Source: Octopus vulgaris
Taxonomy: Eukaryota
Length of the DNA stretch: 64,000 nucleotides
NCBI GenBank assembly: GCA_951406725.2
Contig: OX597817.1
Location: 147,684,001 to 147,748,000, forward strand
Reading direction: 5' to 3'
Positions 51,355-63,510 of the stretch are shown one piece after another. Each line of letters begins with the position of its first letter. The stretch's first letter is position 1. The notes beneath the pieces were generated by a model. That model was not told the origin of the DNA and searched no databases. It saw only the letters and a list, made by a program, of their open reading frames with translations. Both the position numbers and the translations under genes were made by a program.

Positions 51355-51535
51355 CATTTTCGTCTGCCGTTACGTTCTGAGTTCAAATTACGCCGAGGTC
51401 GACTTTGCCTTTCAACCTTTCGGAGTCGATAAATTAAAGTATTTACGCACTGGGGTCGATATAATCGACTTAATCCGTTTGTCTGTCCTTGTTTGTCCAC
51501 TCTGTGTTTAGCTCCTTGTGAGTAGTAAAGATATA
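51355..51535 (+). mobile_element. Headless SINE family B body
   Basis: TTTCGTCTGCCGTTACGTTCTGAGTTCAAATT...GTAGTAAAGA. Confidence 0.85.
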
Positions 51536-51722
51536 CGTATTAGTCAACATTAGATATTTGACTGTCATCTGGTGTTCTATTGTGCTGCTAGCGGTTTTGC
51601 AGTAAATACTTTATTGTTATATACTCTCGGGTAGGATTTCAACTGTACAGTTTTAATTTAATCGGAGAGTACCCTAACGATCCAGCAACCATCAACACTA
51701 AACCTAGCAAAACCTGGACATA

Positions 51723-52119
51723 GGCGTAGGAGTGGCTGTATGGTAAGTAGCTTGATTACCAACCACATGGTTCCGGGTTCAGTCCCACTGCGTGGCACCT
51801 TCGGCAAGTGTCCTCTACTATAGCCTCGGGTCGACCAAAACCTTGTGAGTGGATTTGGTAGACGGAAACTGAAAGAAGCCCGTCGTATATATATATGTAT
51901 ATATATATGTTTGTGTGTCTGTGTTTGTCCCCTCAAACATCGCTTGACAACCGATGCTGGTGTGTTTACGTCACCGTAACTTAGCGGTTCGGCAAAAGCG
52001 ACGATAGAATAAGTACTAGGCTTACAAAGAATAAGTCCTGGGGTCGATTTGCTCGACTAAAGGCGGTGCTCGAGCATGGCCACAGTCAAATGACTGAAAC
52101 AAGTAAAAGCGTAAAAGAG
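51723..52119 (+). mobile_element. SINE family A, near-consensus copy with short spacer
   Basis: Complete head and tail ending GTAAAAGCGTAAAAGAG. Confidence 0.93.
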
Positions 52120-53258
52120 CAATGGAATAGATGTGATAAAATATGTATTCCAGTGCGATTCCTTTGTAAGATGATTGTAATTAAGAAAACGTTATATTTT
52201 CATTACAAACGAAACCAAAATGTAATCGAAGTATTTTGATTTCATCTGTTTTGAATTACCAATTAAAATTCAAAGGAGATGTATGTACATTCTCACATAG
52301 TGTTAGATTGTTGTTTTTATAGTGGCTGCGATTATTTGTTTAAATGACCAAAATCAGTCGTGAAAGAGTAGTTACAAGATCAACCGAGTTTAATCCTGGA
52401 ATATCCCGCCTGCTTTGCCTTTTTTCTTTTTTTCAAGAACTGTGTATTTAGAACTTGCTGATTGTATAATGTGATATCAGTGTCATATGCTGCTAGATCG
52501 AGAAACCACTCAAGGTCACACTCGCGTATTGGTTACCTTGCGTACATACCAAATGGCTACTAATTCGATAAATATTTGAATGTACTCCTGTGGTCTTTAT
52601 AGAATAGCCATAGAATAGTCATTTCCATTCCATTTACACGAGACATCAGAAGCTGAGAACCAACTGTTTTGGTACTCACAACTCCTACAATATTTCTGGA
52701 CTTCTTACTAATTTTATTATTTTTAAAGATAAGGAAGAAAACACGTCGATAAAGCTATGTACAGAGTATTTTTATAATACATTATTCATCACAAATACGA
52801 TGTAATGGCAGGAGATTAGATCATCGGAAAAAGCATCATAATAGATGTTCCGGTTCGTTACTTTCTGAGTTCAAATGCATCCGGGGTCGGTAAAATACCA
52901 TATCTGTCAAATACTGAGTTTGATATAAATAAACGAGCATCTTGCCCTCAAATTTGCTGGGTACTTAGCTGAATTAGAATAAATTATTTCTATTTTTGTG
53001 AGAGGAAAAGAAAATGTTATTTTTACGTTTACTCCTAGTTCAGCGTAGAAGACTTGTGACCATTGGATTTCCAACTGTACACGTTCCTTCCTTCTTCTTT
53101 TGACTTTTCTACAATACTCATTCCATGCTGGAGATTTTGTTAACTATTACTATTATGGTCTATCCATTCACGATTCAGTAATGGTTGGCTTTGGGTTGCA
53201 AAATTCTGTTATAAAAATAAATTTAAAAAAACCCAAGGAATATTTTTCTTTTACTGTT

Positions 53259-53497
53259 ATCATCGACTACACTCTTGTTTCAATCAAATTTAACCTATGA
53301 AAGATCTAAAGGAATGAAATACAATTTTATCATTCTAGTCTTACTTTCTTTAAATTTAATCTTTGAAATATCTCATGGAATGAAATTGTTTTTCACTTAC
53401 TATACTCTTAGTTTCATTAAATTCAATCTATGAAAGTTCCAAAGGAATGAACTTTTTTGTCATTCACTATACTTTTAGTTCTATTAAATTTAATCTG
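53259..53497. repeat. Diverged minisatellite, about 3.5 units of 65-70 bp
   Basis: Recurring TCA....CTA.ACTCTT.GTTTCA.T.AAATT.AA.CTATGAAAG.TC.AAAGGAATGAA. Confidence 0.75.
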
Positions 53498-54153
53498 TGT
53501 TGTATATGAAGTTGTAACTAATAAATTCCTTCAAACGGTTCTGTAATACCTCCATTCGCAATCTTAATTGCATAGTTAACTAGTGCTCGATCTCTAATTT
53601 TGTAGTCGACAACCTAACTTATTTGGTCACATTCAGATGGAGGCATCTATATAGTACCAATTAGGAAATATCCTGGAGAATAGGTTAGCTTAATTTAATA
53701 GAAACTCTTCATTCGTTTGGTGACATTACCTCTATTAGAAGACGTTAATGTTGCCAGCTTATATTAGTAGGTTTCTGATATATTATTAAGCTTAGGATCA
53801 ATTGAATTTAATCAACAATTAACGTTGTTGATGTGTGTTCTAAATGAAGCCTGATCTGGAAAGACCCCAGATGAAAACGTGTTTCAAATATTCCCCTGAT
53901 CGTAAAGTAAAATTAAATCAATATGCAGAGATTTACTTCAATGAACGCAGTCTTCATTGTAATTACGTGGTTTGCTTCTTTGTTCGTCTTCTCCGAATTG
54001 GCCCACTTGAAGGGCAATGCATCGTTAATCAATGATTTCAGCATTTGATAAACATTACTCTATTGTAACTGTATTATTTGTTCATCCGAGAAACAGGTGT
54101 TTTTCCTCTATATCTCGTGGAAGGCTACCAGGGTCAAACACATGAAGGGAGAG

Positions 54154-54203
<50 letters not shown>

Positions 54204-54954
54204 CGAAAGAGCTAGAGAGGGAGAAAGATGAAGAGAGAGAGAAAGAAAGAGGAGGTTGGGTTTTTTTTATATTAGAAAGTAAAAGAGGCCAAGTACCACA
54301 AGAGTTAGTTACACCATTGGGCGAGTATCTGTGCAGATTATCATTCTCGTTCAATGCTAATTCATTTTCTTTATACTGATAATAAGCCGCGGAAAAAGCC
54401 AAACACCAGACATCATTAATTTGAAGTTTTCTGCTTGATTTACTTTAATTAGTATACTTCAAATCGAAACAGAGTTACTGGGTGCCAATTTTGGGTGTGT
54501 TCCAAACGTACAGGAGGATTTCAAGCGGGTAATGTTAGTTAACAAACAGCATTTATTCCTGAAGTGATATGACTATAAGGTGAGGTGAGATGTAAATATT
54601 CATGGCAGTTATTTATTGCAATATAGACTGAGCCAGTGAGAGACATGATTGAAAATGTAGAGATGATAGATTTGATAACGAATTACGAAAGATGGTTTCA
54701 TCGATTGGTATCGATCTGACCAGTAGTTACTAGTTGGGATTAAATAGGATTATAAAGCAATTACAACATGGAAGACATATTAGTCATTAAAAGTCTGGAG
54801 TTTTTGAATTGCTAATAGTGAGGTCGTCACAAAAATCTGTTAACTTCACTTAAACATTTATTACGTGATGCCAACATTTTCGTCGCACCAACAGCAACCA
54901 GGTTACTGATACGGTTTCGCTGTAGCTGCTTTGAGACAACGTTGTTTGTTACTA

Positions 54955-55530
<576 letters not shown>

Positions 55531-56352
55531 TCCCTCTCTCCCCTTCTCTCTCTTTCCTCCTTCATCCCCCCTCCTCCCCTTCCTTCTCCCCATCCTCTCC
55601 TCTTCCCCCTCTCCTCCCCCTCTTCTTCCCCTCCCCTTCTCTCCCCCTCTTCTCCCCTCCCCCTCTTCTCCTCACTACACCACATGACTTTACACATCAC
55701 ATCACATATGATGTGCCATACTAATACATACACCAACTAATACATACTAATACGTACTAATACATACTAGTACATACTAATACATACACCAACCCTATAC
55801 ATACACACGTCCAGACCCCGCATACGCACTTATACTCTCTCATACACACACACACACACTTATACATACTAATACGTACTAATACATACTAATACATACT
55901 AATACATACACCAACCCCATACATACGCACGTCCAGACCAATCCTACGCACTAATACTCTCTCATACACACACACACACACACACACACACCCTTATACA
56001 TACTAATACATACACCAACCCTATACATACACACATCCAGACCCCTCCTACGCACTATTAGCTGGTCCCTCAACCCTATTATCTCCCCTTATTTCGCTCT
56101 CGCGTCTCATGTTTGATCTTTGACCTCTGGCCGAAATCAGATCGCCATGTTGATTCGTTAGCTACTGCACGCATTTTTTTCTCTCCTTCTTTCTGTGTTT
56201 TTTTTCTCTCTGTGTATCTTTCTGTTGAAGAGCGTAGGCTCGAAACGTTAAAGACTTGTTTTATTTATATTTCCTGAGCGCCATACTAATACAATTGTTC
56301 GTTTGTTTTCCACCTGCCTTCGTCTTTTGTTTATTTTCATAAAGCTTCCCGT

Positions 56353-56355
<3 letters not shown>
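55531..56355 (+). mobile_element. TA-embedded element: polypyrimidine tract, three tandem units of about 100-120 bp and an HHR-like motif
   Basis: Units CATACTAATACATACACCAACCC.ATACATAC.CAC.TCCAGACC; GCCATACTAATACA recurs at about 55714 and 56280; both ends abut TA arrays. Confidence 0.65.
56217..56254 (+). ncRNA. Minimal type I hammerhead-like motif with an A6U core variant
   Basis: TCTTT-CTGTTGA-A-GAGC(gtag)GCTC-GAAA-CG-TT-AAAGA. Stems I and II are perfect, stem III is the palindrome ACGT, and the core reads CUGUUGA. Confidence 0.65.
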
Positions 56356-56389
<34 letters not shown>

Positions 56390-56398
56390 TATATATAA

Positions 56399-57100
56399 TC
56401 TCTCTCTATATAAAAGGCAGGTTGTCTGTCTGTGTGTCTGTCTATGTGTCTGTCAGGTTGTACCCTCACCCTGACCACGGCTTTCAATCGATTCTGATGA
56501 AACTTGACACACACATAGCCCAATGTCATAATTCAAAACTAACGCAGCGAAGATTTTGAAAAGCTCCTCCAGTTCTGAAAAAAGTCGGTAAATTCGACAT
56601 GGGGTCGAGAATCTAAGCTTTTCATATGCAGCACATTTTCTGTTGTAGTTTTCGCAACTTGCAATCGATTTTCACGAAACTCATGGTGAAGCTTAATGTT
56701 ACCCTAAGAAACTTAATTCTGACGTTAGTTTTCCATGCAATACCTTGCCATCAGAAAAAATCGATAAAATAAGGCCATTTTGGGAAATCGCGTTCAAATT
56801 CAAGATGACATATTTTCTACAATATCTTTAACAAATTGGCAGGAAATTTTTTAAATTCACAGCGAGCATCATGTCTGCTCCAAGGAGCTATATGGCCCTT
56901 TTTATTCCAATAGGATACTTTATTACTGGAAAAAATCGGTTAATTAAATCATATGTGGCACACACAGCAAACCGATTTGTGTATTAAATACAAACCACAG
57001 ACTGTCTAGGGGACGCATCTCGAACTTCTTTAACTCTCTTACTCCCCCAAATAACTATCAAACAGCTATCGATAATTCAACCCACAGGAGGAAATCTAGA
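56399..57100 (+). mobile_element. Probable non-autonomous Helitron-like element (3' end uncertain)
   Basis: 5' TCTCTCTCTATATAAAAGGCAGGTTG(TCTG)n...CGATTCTGATGAAACTTGACACA resembles the 5' ends at 30504 and 63511. Confidence 0.55.
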
Positions 57101-57190
57101 CTTAATCTTCAAGGTATCCCACATGCAAAAGCCTTGTGAGTTGAATTCGTTGGCGGAAACTGAAAGAAACCCGTCGTATATATGTATATA

Positions 57191-57226
<36 letters not shown>

Positions 57227-58144
57227 TTTGTTATAACTAAACATAAAAATGAATATATATATATAGCTTCCCAACCACATTGTTCCCGGATCAGTCCCAA
57301 TGCGTGGCGCCTTGGGTTAGTAACTTGTACTATAGCCTCGGGCCGACCAAAGCCTTGTGAGTGGATTTGGCAAAAAATAAAAGAATAAAAGAATATATAT
57401 ATATGTTTGTATTATGTATATGTGTGTATATATACTTACACCCTCACACATACATTCACACACACACACACATACACACACATACATGTATATGTTTATC
57501 GCCACCCAAATGTAGGTGTTCTATAAGAACAGACAATACTGCTATCTAACTCCAGGAGGATGCTTCCTACAGCTGGTTATTCAGTACGCTTCGCTCTCGA
57601 TTTATATTTCAAGTGGGTAGAGAACATGGCTAGGCGCAAAAGCAATGACAGTGTTCTATAAAGGTTTGGCTAAAGGTTACCCGACAGTAAATCAAAATTC
57701 CATAAATACTATCTGTAATTCTGTATCGACTCCATTGGAAAAGTGTGTCGCTCAAGAAAGACTGCAGTTTGAACAATTTCCGTGATATTTCGATGCTTTT
57801 ATTAAGCTCATTCAGTTGGTAACAATAAATACATCTTCGAATTAAATGGTTTTGATTTACTGTCAAACCCTGTATATTGCTAGCTGGGGGTAAACTGTCG
57901 ACAGACGAGTATCAATCACTGTGGATGATTAAAATGAGATCGAAATCACGTTTCAGGGTTATACATAGAATGTTTTCATCTCTGTAGTTCAGTCGTTCCG
58001 CTTGACCGTCGTATGAAAAGGAAAGGAGATCTGAAATGCCGTGTATGCAAAGTGAAATGAATAGGAACTTTAATGAGAGTACAACTGACATGGGCGACCT
58101 GAAACAAAGAATCCCGCATAGTTAATAGTTTCTGCTAAAATCAC

Positions 58145-58398
58145 GACAGCGCGCTGGCAGAAGTTAGCACGTCGGAAAGCGGCGAGCAGGCAGAAACATT
58201 AGCACGCCGGGCGAAATGCTTAGCCGTATTTCGTCTGCCGTTACGTTCTGAGTTTAAATTCCGCCGAGATTGACTTTGCCTTTGCCTTTCTTTGCTTTCG
58301 TGTCAATAAAAGAAATGCCAGTGGAATAATGGGGTCGAAGTAATCGCCCTACCTTCTACCCGAATTTGCTTGCCTTGTAGCAAAATTTGGAATCAATA
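58145..58398 (+). mobile_element. SINE family B with duplicated head
   Basis: GCTGGCAGAAGTTAGCACG then GGCGAGCAGGCAGAAACATTAGCACGCCGGGCG. Confidence 0.8.
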
Positions 58399-59080
58399 AT
58401 TTTTACTGAAATTATTAAAAAAATTGATGAACTTGCGACGTGATTTTTATGACGTTTGTATGAGAGAATAAGGTGAATGGAACAAGATATTGTTATATAC
58501 TAAGTGGAGACTTTTTAATAAACCAGCAATTAGTCTGATATAATTCGATATGCTAATTACAAAAATTAATTTTCACAATTATTTAAGATATAGTTGTTTT
58601 TTTTCACCTTTCTTTGTATCACCTCAATCTAATTTTTGTTAATGGTTAAAATTTTAAATCGATTGACACGTTTTCAATATATTATGGCATTTTTTTATTT
58701 CCTGAATCTCGTAGGAATAAAATTAAAGAACAAAAAAGATAATTTTTTCGATGTGTGGTACTAGGGATTGAACCTTTACTATTTTCGTGTCTTTACTGAG
58801 CGGTCCTTCATATTTATTGACTAATAGTTTTATACGTCATAACGAGAATGGATTTGCCATAGTAGTTACTAGGTTCCATTTAGCAAGTAAAATTAAGTAA
58901 ACTGTGCAAATACGTGTAAGCAGAGTCGTTTAGGGCGTATTAATCATTTGGAGTTATTGGTCCCTTCATACGCTCTAAAGTTCTAAAGTTTTAAACTGAT
59001 TCCTGATGTTGGTATGCTGCCCCAAAGACGATGGATAGAGAACTGTCGATTAAATAGATGCAGTTAGAATTTGGTACTTA

Positions 59081-59288
59081 CAAGGGGTTGCTGAAAAGTA
59101 TCTGGCTTTGGGTAAAAGAAAATACAGAAGGATCAGTTAATTATGATTTTATTCAACATATTTCCCTTTCAGATTCACACACTTATTGCAGCGGTCCTTT
59201 CTAAGCCGTGTAAAAGAACTCGGAAGTTTGGACCTCTTACTGGACCTATTACGATACGCGTAAAGCTAGGACCTTTCAGTAGCCCTCT
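59081..59288. mobile_element. Mariner-derived MITE of about 210 bp
   Basis: TIRs CAAGGGGTTGCTGAAAAGT.TCTGGCTTT / AAAGCTAGGACCTTTCAGTAGCCCTCT with TA flanks; contains the transposase 3' end on the minus strand. Confidence 0.8.
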
Positions 59289-60073
59289 TATTTCATCGCT
59301 TTCGTGAACGGTAAGTGGTGTTATAATGTAATTATATATTTTTCTTTCTTTTGATATATTGTTGAAGACAAGCAAGTATAGAATACCGCATAAGTAATAT
59401 AAACGTCCTAAATTCAGTGGCGGTGTTAATGAAAATGTTCCGCCTTAATTTTATATGTTAATATTATCTTTATTAATGTATATCGAATTATACATAGCTA
59501 AGTACAAGGTTTGTTTCTTGGAGTGTTTCTTGGGAAGCAAACTCCTTATCCCACAGACATACCTGTCCCTCGATGTGTATATAAATGACTTGGAATTTTG
59601 ATACACTTTTACTCATCGTCGCCTGAGACTGAGAAAAACTTGATTACTTTTAATATATTTAATGCAGCGGGAATGTGCAACATTTATTAGAATTAATTAT
59701 TTAATGAGAACTATAACTAGCTTAGCGTTAACGTATTTCATGCGGGGAACATTAAAAGTTTTTATTAGAAATCCTTCTGTGTTCAGGATCCGTGCTAGAT
59801 TACTGTTAACATAGTTAATACAAGCAGTATTAAAATATAATATAGAAATAGTTATGTGGTAAGGAATATAACGTGATCTCAATCGGAGTTAACATAATGT
59901 TCAACGTTTCAGCAAGTACGATGGAGATGTTTTAGATATGATTCGGCTTTATTCGAAGTGCCTAGTTAGACATAGATTTACATCGCTAACTACAACAGAG
60001 ATAAAATAATGACTATGAACTGGAGTGAGTGCAATAATATATATGTATATATATTCTATTATTTGTTTCAGTC

Positions 60074-60104
<31 letters not shown>

Positions 60105-60348
60105 AACACGCACGCACCCCCCCCCCCACATATATATATATATATATATATTCTTTTTTTATTTGTTTGAGTCATTTGACTAAGGCCATGTTGGAGCAGC
60201 GCCTTTAGTCGAGCAAATCGACTCCAGGTCTTTGTAAGCAGGATTCTTTTCTATCGGTCCTTTTTGCTGAACCGCTAGGTTATGGGGACGTAAACACAGC
60301 AACATCGGTTGTCAAGCGATATGGTGGGGGAATAAACACAGACACACA

Positions 60349-60382
<34 letters not shown>

Positions 60383-60390
60383 TATCACTT

Positions 60391-60445
<55 letters not shown>

Positions 60446-60592
60446 GGTTAAGTAATTGAGATTCTAGTGAATTGTAAAGAATTCACATGAATATGGTCCT
60501 TAACTAGGATGTACCGGAAATCTATATGGTGTTAACCATACGACAAGTGGGGTGATTACAAATAGGAAAAAAGCAACAAGAATGGATTAAAA

Positions 60593-60680
60593 TCTCGGTA
60601 CGATCGTTTCGTACGAGGACATCTTTAATAAGCTACAAAAAATGCAGTGAATACAGATGGCTCGTACTCGTCAACCGAAA
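60593..60680 (-). ncRNA. Type I hammerhead with long stem II and a C3U variant
   Basis: Minus strand TTTCGG-TTGACGA-GTACGAG.CATCT(..)AGATG..CTCGTAC-GAAA-CGATCG-TA-CCGAGA. Palindromic stem III, GUA site. Confidence 0.75.
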
Positions 60681-60751
60681 AATATCAGAGAATTCCCAAA
60701 CATCAAAAGGGGTAGATACAAAAGAGGTTGTAAGATTAACTGCATTGAAGA

Positions 60752-61206
60752 AAGTTCGATTCATGGAGATCCGATGAAAGGTTTTAAACCTATAGAATTT
60801 ATGCATGTCTACATATAGCTCATATTGAATATTTGATCAAGTTGTATGAAGAAATTTTCGGATACAGTCATGCAAAATTTCTGAAAATCCGAGTAAGAGG
60901 CAAAGTGACTGCCATATCATGTAGAGGAAAGTCTGAGTAAAAGCATAGTGACTGTCATATCGTGTAGAGGAACAGATTGTTATTGAAATTTACAAGAATC
61001 GCAGATAAGTTCGATTTTTTGGAGATCCGATGAAAAAGTCTTGAACTTACAAAATTTGTGTATGTCCTTATAGTTCATAATCCAGTTTTGTGGAGAGATT
61101 TAGGGTACAATCATGCGAAAATATCAGGGAATCCGAATGAGAAGCAAAATGACAGTCTTATATTGTAGTGGTTCAGGTTGTTAATGAAATTTTCAAGAAT
61201 CACAGA
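60752..61206. repeat. Two diverged tandem units of about 255 bp within the HHR-bearing insert
   Basis: AAGTTCGATT..TGGAGATCCGATGAAA...TCATGC.AAA.T.TC.G..AATCCGA..AGA.GCAAA.TGAC recurs at about 60752 and 61007. Confidence 0.75.
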
Positions 61207-61263
61207 AAGAGGAGGAAGGAGGTAGGAATTTAATCAGTTACTGCTATTTAAGCTGTCAAAGAG

Positions 61264-61312
<49 letters not shown>

Positions 61313-61315
<3 letters not shown>

Positions 61316-62068
61316 TGCTTTAGTTCATCAAGCTGATGGTTAAAGGCTGTCTGGATTTCATTCTCTAAAACTTGCGTACATATTGAAATTTTGTTTGGTT
61401 TCAGACGGATGTAAACTGGCATGTCCATTCCTCTCTTTTTCAGCAGTGATTCAAAGTACAATGACATCATCCCATGTCAATATATATATATATATATCCC
61501 ATGTCAATATATATATATATATATATACGGCGGGCTTCTTTCAGTTTCCTTCTACCAACTCTAATAACAAAGCTTTGGTTGGCCCGAGACTATAGTAGAA
61601 AACACTTGCCCAAGGTGCCACGCAGTGAGACTAAAACCGCGACCATGTGGTTGGTAAGCAAACTACTTATCACACAGCCACATTGAAAAGGGCGGAGCTG
61701 TCTCCTAAATTTCCTCATTCTATGTTATATTAAGTTTTCCTAGCGGCATAATTAAAATGTTGATTAAAACTGAATTACAAATACTTAAACAAGCCAAACT
61801 ATTGCTTTCGTGCGGACCGTATCTGTCAGTAATTAACAACAGTTAATTGATGTCATTGACTCAATGTAAAAATTGCTACATTCTTCAGACACAATTACCG
61901 TAAACATGGGATGATGTCATTGTACTTTGAATCACTGCTGAAAAAGAGAGGAACGGACATGCCAGTTTACATCCGTCTGAAACCAAACAAAATTTCAATA
62001 TGTACGCAAGTTTTAGAGAATGAAATCCAGACAGCCTTTAACCATCAGCTTGATGAACTAAAGCATGA
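61313..62068. repeat. 165-bp near-perfect inverted duplication (61313-61477 vs 61904-62068)
   Basis: Reverse-complement identity with one visible mismatch (GTCCATTCC vs GTCCGTTCC). Confidence 0.92.
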
Positions 62069-62394
62069 GTTTGGATCTCAGTAGAGTTCTGGGGCAAAAG
62101 AATCAAATAGATGTTATATACTGGAATAAATTAGTGCGGTGGGCAAAAATTTCCAAAGATGAAAGCCCGCAGGTGGATCACAAGTTCGAACTCTTATATC
62201 TGTGTAAACTTTGTACATCTCTTAATCATTTTTTCCCCTTGTGGAGCATAGGGCCTCAACAGTTGGTTTCCACTTTTTGCGGTCATTGGCTCGCTGCATT
62301 AAATATATTAAAAGTAATCAAGTTTTTCTCAGTAGCAGGCGACGATGAGTAAAAGAGTATCAAAATTCCAAGTCATTTATATCCACATCGAGAG

Positions 62395-62569
62395 ACAGGT
62401 GTGTCTGTGGGATAAGAAGTTTGCTTCCCAGTTACCTAGTTCCGAGTTCAGTCCTACTGCGTGGCACCTTGGCAAGTGTCTTCTACGATGGCTTCGAGTT
62501 AACCAAAGATTCGTGAGTGGATTTTGGAGAAGGAAGCTGAAAGATCTCTGTCGTACACACACGCACACA

Positions 62570-62632
<63 letters not shown>

Positions 62633-62990
62633 CACAACATGCAGGAAAAAGGACGATAGCACGACAACGGCAAGCATGACGAAACAAGGTACACGGATTA
62701 TTCGCAGCCAATTGACTCTTCAGTCAGAGTCCGGAATGTCCACATAGTTTCGCCCACTGTGTGTGTGTATGTGTGTGTGTGTGTGTGTGTGTTTGAGTGT
62801 GTGTATGTCTTTATGACTGTGTTTGTTCCCCACCTCCGCTTCACAACTGGCGTTGGTGTGTTTACGTCTCCGTAAATTAGTGGTTCGGCAAAAGAAAACA
62901 ATAGGACAAGTACCAGACTTTTAACAAAGTAAATCCTGGGGTTATTCTTTCGACAAAAATTCTTCAACGTGGTGTCCCACATAGCCGTGG
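62395..62990 (+). mobile_element. Diverged SINE family A with (CA)n/(TG)n spacer
   Basis: GAGTTCAGTCCTACTGCGTGGCACCTTGGCAAGTG head; tail at about 62815-62990. Confidence 0.75.
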
Positions 62991-63282
62991 ACTACTCACT
63001 GAGCAAAATACTCGGTAGGATCTTTATCTTTTGACCGGCAGATTTAGAAAAAAGACTTTTGTAACTAAACACTTTTAAACTTCGTATACTAGTAGAATGT
63101 GTCATATAAAATATCTTTTACTCTTTCGTGTTAAAGTTGTCGTATTTCAGTAATTTCAACCAATCAATGACGTGTATTCAGCAGAATAAAATTACTACCG
63201 TTGTTTGTCAACAACTATCGGCGATGTACATTTCGTTTCACTGTTATTTGTGACATTGTTCGTGCGTTTGTACTGGTTTTAG

Positions 63283-63406
63283 CTTTAAGGTTTTGGGGTT
63301 AGTGTTAGGGTTTGGGGGTTAGGACTAGGTTTTTAGGGTTAGGGTTAGGGTTTTAGGGTTAGGGTTAAGATTTTAGGGTTAGGGTTGTGGTTTTAGGGTT
63401 AGAGTT
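63283..63406 (+). repeat. Degenerate interstitial TTAGGG-like tract
   Basis: TTAGGG units mixed with TTTTAGGG and TTGGGG. Confidence 0.85.
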
Positions 63407-63510
63407 ACGGAAAAAAATGAAAAACGAAGCACGAACGATTATGGTGGTGCCATGAAGTAAACAAGCTCCAGATACACTCGTATATTCATAGAAACGTAAC
63501 TGAGATGAAA

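Larger units (their letters stand above)
60153..61682 (-). mobile_element. SINE family A whose TA spacer has been expanded by two insertions
   Basis: Tail at 60153-60350 and head at 61528-61682, both on the minus strand, separated by TA tracts and the inserts 60445-61264 and 61313-61477. Confidence 0.7.

Noticed and set aside
53259-53497. CRISPR-like regular spacing
   Set aside because: Whole units are similar, with no unique spacers and no cas genes; a eukaryotic minisatellite.
63283-63406. True telomere
   Set aside because: Short, degenerate and followed by ordinary sequence.
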